Assembly (NCBI GenBank): GCA_032249235.1
Contig: JAVVGF010000003.1
Span: forward strand, 64,001-128,000
Source: Thermoproteota archaeon
Lineage (GTDB): Archaea > Thermoproteota > Thermoprotei > Gearchaeales > Gearchaeaceae
Direction of reading: 5' to 3'
DNA length: 64,000 bases
A program made the translations under genes and the position numbers. Below are positions 38,986 through 49,327 of the stretch, in pieces; within the stretch, counting starts at the first letter, position 1; every line of letters starts with the position of its first letter. The notes under the pieces were generated by a model. It did not search any database, was not told the origin of the DNA, and saw nothing but the letters and a program-made list of their open reading frames with translations.

Positions 38986-39660
38986 GTGCATAAAGATAAG
39001 ATTGTAGTTTCTTGGAGTGGTGGAAAGGATAGCACCATGGCTCTTTATTACATACTTAAGCAATATAATTATGAAATAGCTTACTTAGTAACCACGATAA
39101 CTGAAGGATTCGAAAGAGTAACTATGCATGGTGTGAGAAAGGAACTAATCAAAAAGCAGGCAGAAAGCTTGGGTTATCAATTGTTAGAGGTTTACATCCC
39201 TCCATATGCAAGTAATGAAATATATGAAGAAAGAATGAGGAATATTGCTTTAAAGCTAATTTCTGAAGGAATCACAAAGCACGTATTTGGAGATATTTAT
39301 TTAGAAGATGTTAGAAAATATAGAGAAGAAAACTTAAAGAAGTTGAATTTGGAAGGAATTTGGCCAATATGGGGAAGAGATACGAAAGAATTAGCTTTGG
39401 AATTCATCAAATTAGGTTTTAAAGCGATTGTATGCGTAGTAGATACAAAGGTATTAGATGAGAGCTTTGTAGGAAGAGATTTCGATGAAGAGTTCATTTC
39501 TGATCTTCCTTCTAACGTAGATCCATGCGGAGAAAAAGGTGAATTCCATACTTTTGTTTATGATGGTCCGTTATTCAAGAGAGAAATTAGATTCAAGGTG
39601 GGAGAAAAAGTGTTAAGAGATAATAGATTCTATTTCATTGATTTAATCCCATTAAGTTAA
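38986..39660 (+). CDS. PP-loop ATPase, diphthine-ammonia ligase/DUF71 family
   Basis: SWSGGKDS, MHGVR, FGDIYLE and DPCGEKGEFHTFVYDGP motifs. Confidence 0.88.
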   Translation: MHKDKIVVSWSGGKDSTMALYYILKQYNYEIAYLVTTITEGFERVTMHGVRKELIKKQAESLGYQLLEVYIPPYASNEIYEERMRNIALKLISEGITKHVFGDIYLEDVRKYREENLKKLNLEGIWPIWGRDTKELALEFIKLGFKAIVCVVDTKVLDESFVGRDFDEEFISDLPSNVDPCGEKGEFHTFVYDGPLFKREIRFKVGEKVLRDNRFYFIDLIPLS

Positions 39661-41376
39661 TTGTTTCTTTAAGAACACAATAGCTGGGAAGAGTATTTTA
39701 TAAATATCCTCAACGCTAGTTATCACATGTCCCATGTCTGGGATTATATGTGCTTCAAAGGTTTTTCCATGCTCTAATAGCTTTTCAATATATTTTAGCA
39801 CAGGCTTTAATGGTGTTCTGCTATCATTTTGAGGATGTATAATACAAATTGGAGCTTTTAGTTTATCAACAAAATTTATAGCTGATCTATCCTTTTTCAA
39901 ATCATTCTTACTAGCAAACAATAAGTCTTGGAAGTGTTTGAAAGCTGCATCAGCTAGTTCATACATCATTTCCCAATCTACGACTCCTGCTCCTGCTACT
40001 GCAGCATCCCAAAGTTCTGGTGCTTTGACTGTTGCTAAATAACTCATGAAGCCTCCATAGCTATAGCCCATTATAGCGATTTTTTCTCCGAGCTTATTCT
40101 CTTTAGCAAAATTCCTTGCATAGATTATATCATTTAAATCGCCGCCTCCAGGATCGCCTATATCTAATGATCTAAATTCTTCACCGTAACCAGTAGAACC
40201 TCTGAAATTAGGCGCAACTACATTAAAGCCAGCTGTTACTAAAGAAATTATTGTAATATTCCAGAAATCTCCTATATGTGACCAAGGACCGCCATGAACA
40301 TATATTACCGCGTTCTTTTTTCCTTGAATATTCGTTTTGTATATAATGGAAGGAATTTCTAGCCCATCGAATGACTTATATTTTATTATTTCTACGTTTC
40401 CCAAAGCGCTTGCAATTTCTTCATCTATGTTTGAGCCTAATACTTTTCTCCATTCGCCATTGAGTTTTGTTTTGAATATTGAATAAGGTTCCTTTAAGCT
40501 TGAAAAGCTAACGAATATTTCATCATTTATTACATCAAGATATGTAGGTGTTCCTTCCGGATGGTTAATTTTAAAACCATTTAAAAAAGCATAGCCGCGA
40601 TAATCTTGCAATCCTATGAACCATATTCTTCCATCATCGGTAAATCCAAACGATAAATAGTCCTGAAAGTTATATTTCAAGTAATCTTTTCCTTCAAATT
40701 CTGGTTCATATAATTCGTTTGCAAAAATATCATAAACGAAAAGTCTTTTTGCTCCTTTAAGATTGGACTCGAGTATTATTTTATTGTTAAATATTGAGCT
40801 TGCTATATTATAGGTTCCTTCTTTTGGAGTATAAACTTTGTGCTCATTTTTATTCAAATCATAAATGAATATTTCCATAGATTTCGGATTTCCATGCAAT
40901 GTTCCCGAACCAATGATGAAAGATTCGTTGATATCCGTTACGAAAATCCATTTATTTGTGGAAAATATTTTCTCTTGTTCTTCATCTTTTCGAACTAAAT
41001 AAACAACATTTTCTTGCATTGTTGAGCCTGCATAAACCATAAAGTCCTTGAAATAAGATATCGAGAATATTCTCATCGGCTCCATATTAATTTCTTTTAT
41101 CTTTCCTTCTTCCCAGCTGAAAATCTTTGCAAGCTCTTTACCTTTGCTTACATCTAAAGCAAAATATATTTTATTCATATCCTTTCTTACTCTTGAACCT
41201 GTCAAAGGCCTTGAAGCAATCTTCATTTTATTGCTTCCATCATGATCAGAAACCCAAAGATCGTATGTTTCCTCTACGTTAGAAACATAATATAGCTTGT
41301 TCTTAGTTACTCCAACTAAGTTATAAGCAGGTATTTTTACAATCTTTTCTAGCTTTCTTAATAATTCCGAATACAT
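39652..41376 (-). CDS. Acylaminoacyl-peptidase (S9 family)
   Basis: VHGGP, NFRGSTGYG, GYSYGG, NDSRTP and DMGH catalytic triad motifs. Confidence 0.93.
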   Translation of the reverse strand: MYSELLRKLEKIVKIPAYNLVGVTKNKLYYVSNVEETYDLWVSDHDGSNKMKIASRPLTGSRVRKDMNKIYFALDVSKGKELAKIFSWEEGKIKEINMEPMRIFSISYFKDFMVYAGSTMQENVVYLVRKDEEQEKIFSTNKWIFVTDINESFIIGSGTLHGNPKSMEIFIYDLNKNEHKVYTPKEGTYNIASSIFNNKIILESNLKGAKRLFVYDIFANELYEPEFEGKDYLKYNFQDYLSFGFTDDGRIWFIGLQDYRGYAFLNGFKINHPEGTPTYLDVINDEIFVSFSSLKEPYSIFKTKLNGEWRKVLGSNIDEEIASALGNVEIIKYKSFDGLEIPSIIYKTNIQGKKNAVIYVHGGPWSHIGDFWNITIISLVTAGFNVVAPNFRGSTGYGEEFRSLDIGDPGGGDLNDIIYARNFAKENKLGEKIAIMGYSYGGFMSYLATVKAPELWDAAVAGAGVVDWEMMYELADAAFKHFQDLLFASKNDLKKDRSAINFVDKLKAPICIIHPQNDSRTPLKPVLKYIEKLLEHGKTFEAHIIPDMGHVITSVEDIYKILFPAIVFLKKQLT

Positions 41377-41425
41377 AATTTCGTAAGTAATGTAAATTTA
41401 AAAACTTATTGCTAAACAAGACCTC

Positions 41426-42826
41426 ATGGTAAGAATATTTTTAGTGAACGCCTTAAATATTCGGGGGTTAAGTTTTTTAACGCTGTTAATCAGAGAAAAA
41501 GCGATGCAAGCGTCTTACGAAACAAAACAAGAAAAAGGTATCGTGATCTCTAATCTTAAAAAGAACGAAAAGATTAGAATTTTAGTTTTAGGTAGTGGCT
41601 TTGCCGGTATGTCTTTCGTAAAATCCTTCATTAAAAACATAAGCGATGAGCTTTGCAACAAAATAGAGCTTATAATCGTTACAAAAAAGGCTTATCATTT
41701 GTTCACTCCTCTTCTCTATCAAGTAGCCACAGGCCTAGTGAACGAGTATCATATACTTGATCCGATTAGGAATAAAAATAAAAAAATAAATTACGAAGTC
41801 ATAGAAGCTGAAGTTTTAGATATTGATTTAATTCAAAAGATTGTAATAACCAACTCATTCGAAATTCCTTATGATTATTTGATAATCGCATTGGGTTCTG
41901 TAACGAATTATTTCGGTATAAAAGGAGCTAGTGAATATGCCATTCCTTTAAAAAATCCTGAAGATGCGATCAAGATTAGGAATAAAATAATCGAATCTTT
42001 TGAAAAAGCATCGCTTCTAGCAAAAAATGATAAAGAAAGAAGATTGTTATTAACATTCGTTATAATAGGTGGTGGGCCAAGTGGTGTTGAGCTAGCTGGA
42101 TCTATCAAAGATTATTTGCGTCAACTTTGCAAGAAATATTATCCTATTGATCCTAAAGAAACACGCGTAATAATTGTTGAGGCAATGAATAGATTGCTTC
42201 CTCAAGCTAGAGAAAAGACATCAGAAAAGTGCAAAAAATCTCTTGAAAAAGCTGGTATAGAAATTTTATTGAATACAAAAGTACTAGCGATTGAAGAAGA
42301 TGGTGTTATAACTAACGAAGGAGTAAAAATTGAGTCATATAATGCTTTTTGGACTGCAGGTATAAAGAGCAATCCAATTGTTGAAAGGCTCCCTGAAGAA
42401 TTGATCCCTAAGAAAAAAGGAAAAATCATTGTAGATGAATACTTTAGACTTCCAAGCTTTCAAAATGTTTTTGCAATAGGAGATAATGCATGGATTTCAA
42501 ATAAATCTAAAACTGATCCTGTTCCAGCAATGGCATCTGCTGCTGTTCAAGAAGGTAAATATTTAGGCGAATATTTGGCTAATCTGCTTTCTAAGAAAAG
42601 CAACTTAAAGCCATTCAAATATAAGGACTTTGGTATGATGTTTTCTTTGGGAAGATTTGATGGATTAGTAGAGTTTCCTAATGGTTTAGTTATATCAGGG
42701 TTCTTAGGATGGATAATTTGGAGAATGGTTCATTTAGTTAAAATAGCAACGATAAGAAATAAGCTTGGAGTTATGTTTGACTGGACAATGTCTTTATTTA
42801 AGAGAAGAATAATAACTAGAGTTTAA
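41426..42826 (+). CDS. ndh: Type II NADH:quinone oxidoreductase (NDH-2); true start probably 41504
   Basis: GSGFAG, FTPLLYQVATG, GGGPSGVELAG, WTAG, FAIGD, AVQEG and F.YKD.G motifs. Confidence 0.9.
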   Translation: MVRIFLVNALNIRGLSFLTLLIREKAMQASYETKQEKGIVISNLKKNEKIRILVLGSGFAGMSFVKSFIKNISDELCNKIELIIVTKKAYHLFTPLLYQVATGLVNEYHILDPIRNKNKKINYEVIEAEVLDIDLIQKIVITNSFEIPYDYLIIALGSVTNYFGIKGASEYAIPLKNPEDAIKIRNKIIESFEKASLLAKNDKERRLLLTFVIIGGGPSGVELAGSIKDYLRQLCKKYYPIDPKETRVIIVEAMNRLLPQAREKTSEKCKKSLEKAGIEILLNTKVLAIEEDGVITNEGVKIESYNAFWTAGIKSNPIVERLPEELIPKKKGKIIVDEYFRLPSFQNVFAIGDNAWISNKSKTDPVPAMASAAVQEGKYLGEYLANLLSKKSNLKPFKYKDFGMMFSLGRFDGLVEFPNGLVISGFLGWIIWRMVHLVKIATIRNKLGVMFDWTMSLFKRRIITRV

Positions 42827-42841
42827 AAATTTAGAACTAAA

Positions 42842-43417
42842 CTAAGAAGATAGATTTCTAAATATTTGATATACTCTTTCTAGTTGATTCGGCAAAACAT
42901 ACTCTTTTTCAATTATATATCCTTGTTTATTAATGATATAATAAACATCAGGATATCCTTCAGGATCGTAAAGTTGTGTAGTCTTAGGATCGCTAACACC
43001 AATATACCAATTCTGCTTCATGCCTCCTATAAATCTTGAAGCAAATTCTTCCATAGACATTCCTGGCTGATTAAGATTGTTGTAAAGTTGAATTGTAATT
43101 ATGATCACACCCAACTCATAAAATTTAGGATAATAATTCTTCGCTAACAATTCTGCACCATTCCAACAAGAACTGCACCAAGTTGCTACAAACCAAATTA
43201 AAACGGGTTTTCCTTTAAAATCGCTTAGTTTAACTATTGTCCCATTTATCAATTTTAAAGAAAAGTCTTCAGCTAAGTTCTTATTTGAACTAATGGGTGT
43301 GATTGGATTCGATGGACTTGTATTTGATTGTAGGTTTATAAATATTAAAATTATAAAGAAAGCAAGAATAACTAAACCAATCAATAATGATTTTGATTTC
43401 TTCTTAGCTTTTTTCAT
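42842..43417 (-). CDS. Membrane-anchored thioredoxin-fold protein (TlpA/redoxin-like)
   Basis: N-terminal TM segment; LSDFKGKPVLIWFVATWCSSC (CxxC). Confidence 0.85.
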   Translation of the reverse strand: MKKAKKKSKSLLIGLVILAFFIILIFINLQSNTSPSNPITPISSNKNLAEDFSLKLINGTIVKLSDFKGKPVLIWFVATWCSSCWNGAELLAKNYYPKFYELGVIIITIQLYNNLNQPGMSMEEFASRFIGGMKQNWYIGVSDPKTTQLYDPEGYPDVYYIINKQGYIIEKEYVLPNQLERVYQIFRNLSS

Positions 43418-43735
43418 TAATTTTATTTATTCTTATTTCGCATTTAAAAAATATAGTATTAAAAAATATATTAAGTATAAAAGATTATAGTATAACGCAT
43501 TTAATTGTTAGGTTAAACTATATTATCACAAATTCCCAGATATAGCTCATGATATAAATAGTTTTAATTGCTTGCTTGTAATCCAAAAATTTATCGAAGT
43601 TATATTACCCCATGGTAATTATGTGCTCATAATGCTCAATTTTCAAACGTTAAACCTAAATGTTTACTTTTTGTCTAGATGGTTTGGAGTTTTTAAAATT
43701 CAATAAGGATTTATTTTCCAAAACCATTATTCTTT

Positions 43736-45331
43736 ATGAGCTATTATAAGTATGAGCTTACAATAGATAAGATTCTAGAAGCGGGCGTTACTGCTTTTCC
43801 TACGAGAGAAATAACTTACAGAGGAATCAGGAGATATACTTTTGAGAAATTCTCAGATTCTGTTAAGCGCTTGATTACAGGTTTAAGAAAATTAGGTGTG
43901 AATAAAGGCGATAGAGTTGCAATAATCGATTGGGATACTGATGTTTATCTACATGCATATTATGCAATACCAATGTTAGGCGCTGTAATGCATACTGTTA
44001 ACATAAGATATCCACCTGAATTAATATTGAAGACAATAATCGCAGCAGAAGATAAATGGATAATAGTTAGAGATGAATTTTTGCCTCTTATAGAAAAAGC
44101 TAAGAATCTTTTACCAAAAAATGTACAGATTATTGCATATAACGAAAATAAAGAACCTATAAAAGGTTACATAGATTTTTGGCAGCTTTTGCAAGAAGAA
44201 CCTACTGAGAACTTTGATTTGAACGAAAACATGCAAGCTACAATATTCTTTACAAGCGGAACGACAGGAGATCCAAAAGGTGTTTGGTTCACTCATAGAG
44301 ATATAGTTTTGCATACCTTAGGTGTTGCATTGACTTTCTCAAGACCTCCAACTTTCATAACTCCAAAGGATGTATTCATGATTCTGGTACCTATGTTCCA
44401 TGTTCATGCATGGGGTTTGCCTTATCTTTTCATGATGAACGGTAACAAATATGTTCTTCCAGGAAAATATGATTATGGTCTCTTATTGAAAATCATGCAA
44501 GATGAAGGTGTTACTTTTTCTGCAATGGTACCAACAATATTGCACATGCTCTTAAGTCATCCAGATGCAAGTAAATATACACATGTATTCAAGAGATGGA
44601 AAGTAGTTATAGGAGGATCTGCATTGCCAGAAGGATTGGCAAAGAAAGCTAAAGAGCTTGGGATTACAATACTTGCAGGTTATGGTCTTTCTGAAACTTG
44701 TCCTGTATTGACTGTAGGCTACTACAATAGTCTATTAGATAATGCTGATGAAGAAATAAAATTCAAAGAACAAATTACTGCCGGAGCCCCGATTCCTTTA
44801 GTTAATCTCAAAATTATGGATCCTTCAACAGGCGAAATACTTCCAAAGGGTAAGATAGGAGAAATAGTTGTTCGCGCACCTTGGCTTACGAGAGAATACT
44901 ATAGAGATTCTGCAAAAACTGAAGAATTATGGAAGTATGGATGGCTGCATACGGGTGATTTAGGTTATATTGATGAATATGGTTATATAAGGATTGTTGA
45001 TAGAACAAAAGACGCTGTGAAAAGCGGAGGAGAATTCATACCTACTTTGATACTTGAAAATATTATATCGTTGCATCCTTCTGTTGCACAAGTAGCGGTA
45101 GTAGGTGCTAAAGATGAAAAGTGGGGAGAAAGACCTGTAGCATTTATTGTCACGAAAGAAAAATTTGATGAAAAAGAAATTAGGGAATTTTTAAAGGATA
45201 TGGTAAGACAAGGGAAAATACAAGATTGGTGGATTCCAGATAAATTTATAGTTATAGATTCGATGCCTTTAACATCTACGAATAAGATTGATAAAAAAGC
45301 TTTAAGAGAAAGACTAGAAAAGCTAAGCTAA
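43736..45331 (+). CDS. Medium/long-chain fatty acid-CoA ligase
   Basis: FTSGTTGDPKG, PMFHVHAWG, GYGLSET, GWLHTGD and KSGGE motifs. Confidence 0.92.
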   Translation: MSYYKYELTIDKILEAGVTAFPTREITYRGIRRYTFEKFSDSVKRLITGLRKLGVNKGDRVAIIDWDTDVYLHAYYAIPMLGAVMHTVNIRYPPELILKTIIAAEDKWIIVRDEFLPLIEKAKNLLPKNVQIIAYNENKEPIKGYIDFWQLLQEEPTENFDLNENMQATIFFTSGTTGDPKGVWFTHRDIVLHTLGVALTFSRPPTFITPKDVFMILVPMFHVHAWGLPYLFMMNGNKYVLPGKYDYGLLLKIMQDEGVTFSAMVPTILHMLLSHPDASKYTHVFKRWKVVIGGSALPEGLAKKAKELGITILAGYGLSETCPVLTVGYYNSLLDNADEEIKFKEQITAGAPIPLVNLKIMDPSTGEILPKGKIGEIVVRAPWLTREYYRDSAKTEELWKYGWLHTGDLGYIDEYGYIRIVDRTKDAVKSGGEFIPTLILENIISLHPSVAQVAVVGAKDEKWGERPVAFIVTKEKFDEKEIREFLKDMVRQGKIQDWWIPDKFIVIDSMPLTSTNKIDKKALRERLEKLS

Positions 45332-45937
45332 ACCGATTTTAGCTTTAATAACTTTTATTTCTTCTTCAATTTTTCTAAATCTTTCATCTAAATAACTTTT
45401 AAGATCCAATCTAAGTTCTCGAATTTCTTTAACCGTTTCATCTTGCTTTTTAAGTACTTCCTTTACATCTTGCTTAATTTCTTTTATGTCAGTTTTCATT
45501 TCCTTAATATCAGATTTCATTTCTTTAACGTCAGTTTTTATTTCCTTAATGTCACTCTTCATCTCTTTGATATCTCCCTTCATTTCCTTAATGTCCATCC
45601 ACATTGCAGAAGCATATTTTACTGCTGTAGCCATTCTTTCACCTATTTCATCTTCTAAAGTACCGTACTTTATTTCGAAAAACTTGAATTCGCCAGTGGC
45701 ATCGCTTATGCTTTTGATTTGAACATCTTCAACTTCTATTAGCCCTTTCTTTATGTTGATTTCTGAAATAAATTTCTTAACTATTGCTTCTTCGCCTTCG
45801 CAAACGATTTTAACATTTCCATCCTTTAGGTTTTCAATAAATCCTACAATTCCTAGACTTCTTGCAACTTCTTCTACATAATCTCTATAACCAACTTTCT
45901 GAACTTTTCCTTTAGCTATTATTTCGAATCTCTTCAC
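45323..45937 (-). CDS. Acylphosphatase domain fused to a heptad-repeat coiled coil
   Basis: GKVQKVGYR and ENLKDG.V motifs, then about seven IKEMKxD-type heptads. Confidence 0.88.
   Translation of the reverse strand: MKRFEIIAKGKVQKVGYRDYVEEVARSLGIVGFIENLKDGNVKIVCEGEEAIVKKFISEINIKKGLIEVEDVQIKSISDATGEFKFFEIKYGTLEDEIGERMATAVKYASAMWMDIKEMKGDIKEMKSDIKEIKTDVKEMKSDIKEMKTDIKEIKQDVKEVLKKQDETVKEIRELRLDLKSYLDERFRKIEEEIKVIKAKIGLA
45446..45592 (-). repeat. Coding 21-nt tandem repeat, about 7 units ([IV]KE[MIV]KxD)
   Basis: IKEMKGD IKEMKSD IKEIKTD VKEMKSD IKEMKTD IKEIKQD VKEVLKK. Confidence 0.85.
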
Positions 45938-46153
45938 TATAGCTAATTATGAAAAAGCTATTTAAATATCTGACCTTAGCTTATAAATAAATCTTATTTT
46001 AAAATTTTTATAATTTATTTATTTCAAAAATATAAAATGATTTTATTAGAAAATTAAAAAGTAGATAAAAATTTAATAATCTATTGGATTGGTAAATTAG
46101 CTATCTTTGAACATGATCAAAAATAATTATTACTTAAAAATTATTGCTTATCG

Positions 46154-46666
46154 ATGGAAATAGTTTTTTCACAAGACTATGAGAGTGCAGTAGAAATAGC
46201 TAAAGAATCTTTAGATTTCTTTTCGCTTTATTGGTTTAAGTATTGGTTAAGGAGAAGTCGACTCGTTGAAGCGAAGATAAATGATGCAAAGGTAGCTGTA
46301 GCCCTAATATTCATAACTGATACCATTTGCGGCAAGACAGGAGTTATAGAATACATAATAGCCAAGAAAGAATTTAGAAGAAAAAGGATAGCTTCAGAGA
46401 TGATAAAATGGATAGAAAATTATTTTAAAAATAAAAACTGTGATTTTGTATTTGCTTCTACTAGAGAGGATAATTTTGCTTCGATTATGCTTTTCGTAAA
46501 AAACAATTACAAAGTTCTATTTTTAGATTGTATAGCCAGGAAAATTCAAGGAGGTTTTGAAATAATTAGAAAGTTACAAGCTTATGAAGATGATTTGCTT
46601 TTTATAAAGAAAATAAAAGATAAAGATTGTATATTATTTAAATTAGAAGATTGTTTTTATGTATAA
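46154..46666 (+). CDS. GNAT-family acetyltransferase
   Basis: YIIAKKEFRRKRIAS (motif A) and DNFASIMLF. Confidence 0.8.
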   Translation: MEIVFSQDYESAVEIAKESLDFFSLYWFKYWLRRSRLVEAKINDAKVAVALIFITDTICGKTGVIEYIIAKKEFRRKRIASEMIKWIENYFKNKNCDFVFASTREDNFASIMLFVKNNYKVLFLDCIARKIQGGFEIIRKLQAYEDDLLFIKKIKDKDCILFKLEDCFYV

Positions 46667-46766
46667 TGTGATTTATTTAGATAAAAGCCTTATGTGTTTT
46701 ACAAATTGAACGATAGGAATATTTATTCTCAATGTTTTTAAGCAACTTTTTCAATGTGCTATCCTA

Positions 46767-48020
46767 ATGAATGTATTCGAAAACAAATTCAAAAATCATA
46801 TTAGCAAATACGCACTCTATCTTAAATGTAGGGATTGTGGTAAAGAGTTTGAATTTAAGCCTATGTATATATGTGATGAATGCTTTGGAGCTTTAGATGT
46901 AGTTTATGACTTGGAAAGAATAGAGTTGAATAAAGATGAATTAAGAGATAGAGAGGATGTAATGTGGAAATATGAAGAACTTCTTCCTTTTAAACCTATT
47001 GAAGAAATATATTTGCTAAAGGTCGGTTTCACACCTTTGATTAAAGCAAAGCGTTTAGCCAGAAAGCTAGGATTAAAAGAGTTGTACATAAAAAATGATT
47101 GCTTAAATCCTACTTATTCGTTTAAAGACAGACCTGCAGCTTTAGGAGCTACAGCAGCAATATCTTTTAGAATGAAAGCATTAGGTTGTGCTTCTACTGG
47201 TAATTTAGCAAGCGCCACAGCTGCATATGCTGCAAGACTTGGCTTGCCTTGTTACATATTTGTTCCGAATGGAATAGAATATGCAAAGATTTCTCAAGCC
47301 CAAACTTATGGAGCGAAGATAATTATGGTTGAAGGAACTTATGATGACGCAAATCGCTTAGCCATGCAAGTTGCTGAACTTTTCAATATAGGAATGGTAA
47401 ACATAAACTTAAGACCATATTATGTTGAAGGTTCCAAAACATTAGCTTTCGAAATTGCAGAACAACTAAATTGGGAAGTTCCTGATGTAATAATAGTTCC
47501 TACAGCTAGTGGAGCACTTTTCAATGCAATATGCAGAGGATTTGAACAATTGCTTAAAATTGGCTTAATTAAAGAATTGCCTGAAAAGCCTGTTGTAGCT
47601 CAAGCAGAAGGAAGTAATCCAATTTCTAAAGCTTTCAAAGAAGGAAAGGATCATATCGAAATAATAGAATATCCTAAAACTATTGCACATAGTTTAGCAA
47701 TAGGAAATCCTGGCGATGGAATCTATGCACTCAAAAGATTAAAGCAAAGAGGTGTCGCTGAAGATGCTAGCGATGAGGAAATATTAGAAGGAATGAAGTT
47801 ACTAGCTGAATGCGAAGGAATATATGCAGAACCTGCAGGAGGTGTTGTGATTGCTGTGCTAAAGAAACTTGTTGAAGCAGGCAAAATAAAAGAAGATGAA
47901 AAAGTTGTTTGCTTGATAACAGGAAGTGGTTTGAAAGCGCCTGAAGCATTAAAATGTAAGCTTGAAGAACCTATATTGATAAAGCCTCAAATTAAATATC
48001 TAGAAAAATGGCTAAAGTAG
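46767..48020 (+). CDS. thrC: Threonine synthase-like PLP enzyme with N-terminal Zn ribbon
   Basis: CxxC...CxxC, NPTYSFKDR, ASTGN, RPYYVEGSKT, SLAIGNP, EPAG and ITGSGLK motifs. Confidence 0.85.
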   Translation: MNVFENKFKNHISKYALYLKCRDCGKEFEFKPMYICDECFGALDVVYDLERIELNKDELRDREDVMWKYEELLPFKPIEEIYLLKVGFTPLIKAKRLARKLGLKELYIKNDCLNPTYSFKDRPAALGATAAISFRMKALGCASTGNLASATAAYAARLGLPCYIFVPNGIEYAKISQAQTYGAKIIMVEGTYDDANRLAMQVAELFNIGMVNINLRPYYVEGSKTLAFEIAEQLNWEVPDVIIVPTASGALFNAICRGFEQLLKIGLIKELPEKPVVAQAEGSNPISKAFKEGKDHIEIIEYPKTIAHSLAIGNPGDGIYALKRLKQRGVAEDASDEEILEGMKLLAECEGIYAEPAGGVVIAVLKKLVEAGKIKEDEKVVCLITGSGLKAPEALKCKLEEPILIKPQIKYLEKWLK

Positions 48021-48274
48021 AAGTTTTCATACCTTCATCTATGAGGAAAGATAAAAGTATTTCAAAAATTCAAATCGAAGCATCAAATTTAAGAGAATTA
48101 ATTGAAGAATTGAATAAAAATAAGATAATAGAAAAAGAAAGATTACTCGATGAAAAAGGAGAAATTAAAAGGTTAATTAACATATATATTAACGGCAAAA
48201 TAGAAAGAAATCTTCATGCTAAGTTGAATGATGGAGATGAAGTTAGCTTCATCCCTATTGTAACAGGTGGTTGA
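48008..48274 (+). CDS. Ubiquitin-like sulfur carrier (MoaD/ThiS/SAMP family)
   Basis: 88 aa ending L.DGDEVSFIPIVTGG with a free C-terminal Gly-Gly. Confidence 0.92.
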   Translation: MAKVEVFIPSSMRKDKSISKIQIEASNLRELIEELNKNKIIEKERLLDEKGEIKRLINIYINGKIERNLHAKLNDGDEVSFIPIVTGG

Positions 48275-49325
48275 AATGGAGCGAAACCTAGAAAGATACG
48301 CTAGGCAAATAATGCTTTCAAGCATAGGTATTGAAGGTCAAGAAAAGATTTTCAAAGCAAAGATATGTCTTATAGGATTGGGAGGTTTAGGATGTCCTAT
48401 TTCACAACAATTAGTTGCAATGGGAATAGGATTTTTAAGGATTGTAGATAGAGATGTTGTTTCAATAACTGATCTGCATAGACAGCATCTTTATAAGCCA
48501 GAAGATGCAGGTAAGATGAAAGTAGAAGTAGCATTTGAAAGACTTAAGGCATTAAATCCTGAAGTAGAAATAGATCCTAAGCCAATTGCAATAACTGAAT
48601 ACAATGTTGAAGAAACAATAAAAGACTTTGATCTTGTTATTGATAGCACAGATTCTATAAAAGCAAGGTATTTAGTTAATAGGGCTTGTTTAAAGCTAGG
48701 TATACCTTATATTTATGGTGCAGCCATAGAGAATCAAGGAAGCGCTTTCACTGTTTTGCCAGGTAAAACAGCATGTTTAGAATGCATATATCCAGGTCTT
48801 AAGGATGAAGATTTACCTAAATGTGCAGTTGTTGGCGTCCATCCATCTGTTCTTGGCATAATAGCTAGTATTCAAGTAAGTGAAGCAATTAGATTAATAA
48901 CAGGAAAAGAGCCGATATTAGCGAACAAGCTCCTTCTTGTAGATTTGAATAACCTTTCTTTCGATATTTTGAATTTAAGGAGATCAGAACAATGCCCTGC
49001 TTGTAGCAATTATCCTAATGTTGAATTAATTAGTTATACAGAAAGTTATGAAATAGGTTGCGCAAGAGAGGGTCAAGGAGTATTTTATTTATATCCTTCG
49101 AGCAAAATTAGTTTGAATTTAGTAAAGCTTTATGATAAATTAAACAATGAAGGATATAAGGTTTTGAGTAAAAATAAGCTCTCAATAAATTTTGAACCTG
49201 AAAAAGGAATTAAAATGAGCATCAGTAGCGAGGGATTCTGCGTCGCACAAGTAAGTTTTGAACTGGCTTCACAGAAAGATATTGAAGCTAAATTAATAGG
49301 AATTTATAAAAAAGTCCTTCTTTAA
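48267..49325 (+). CDS. MoeB/ThiF/UbaA E1-like adenylyltransferase with an extra C-terminal domain
   Basis: RYARQ, GLGGLG, VDRDVV..DLHRQ, CLEC, KCAVVG and CPAC motifs. Confidence 0.9.
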   Translation: MVEMERNLERYARQIMLSSIGIEGQEKIFKAKICLIGLGGLGCPISQQLVAMGIGFLRIVDRDVVSITDLHRQHLYKPEDAGKMKVEVAFERLKALNPEVEIDPKPIAITEYNVEETIKDFDLVIDSTDSIKARYLVNRACLKLGIPYIYGAAIENQGSAFTVLPGKTACLECIYPGLKDEDLPKCAVVGVHPSVLGIIASIQVSEAIRLITGKEPILANKLLLVDLNNLSFDILNLRRSEQCPACSNYPNVELISYTESYEIGCAREGQGVFYLYPSSKISLNLVKLYDKLNNEGYKVLSKNKLSINFEPEKGIKMSISSEGFCVAQVSFELASQKDIEAKLIGIYKKVLL

Positions 49326-49327
49326 GA

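Noticed and set aside
48260-48280. Frameshift splitting a ThiS-ThiF fusion
   Set aside because: The carrier ends exactly at Gly-Gly-stop and GGTGG serves as an RBS for ATG 48276, consistent with two real genes.
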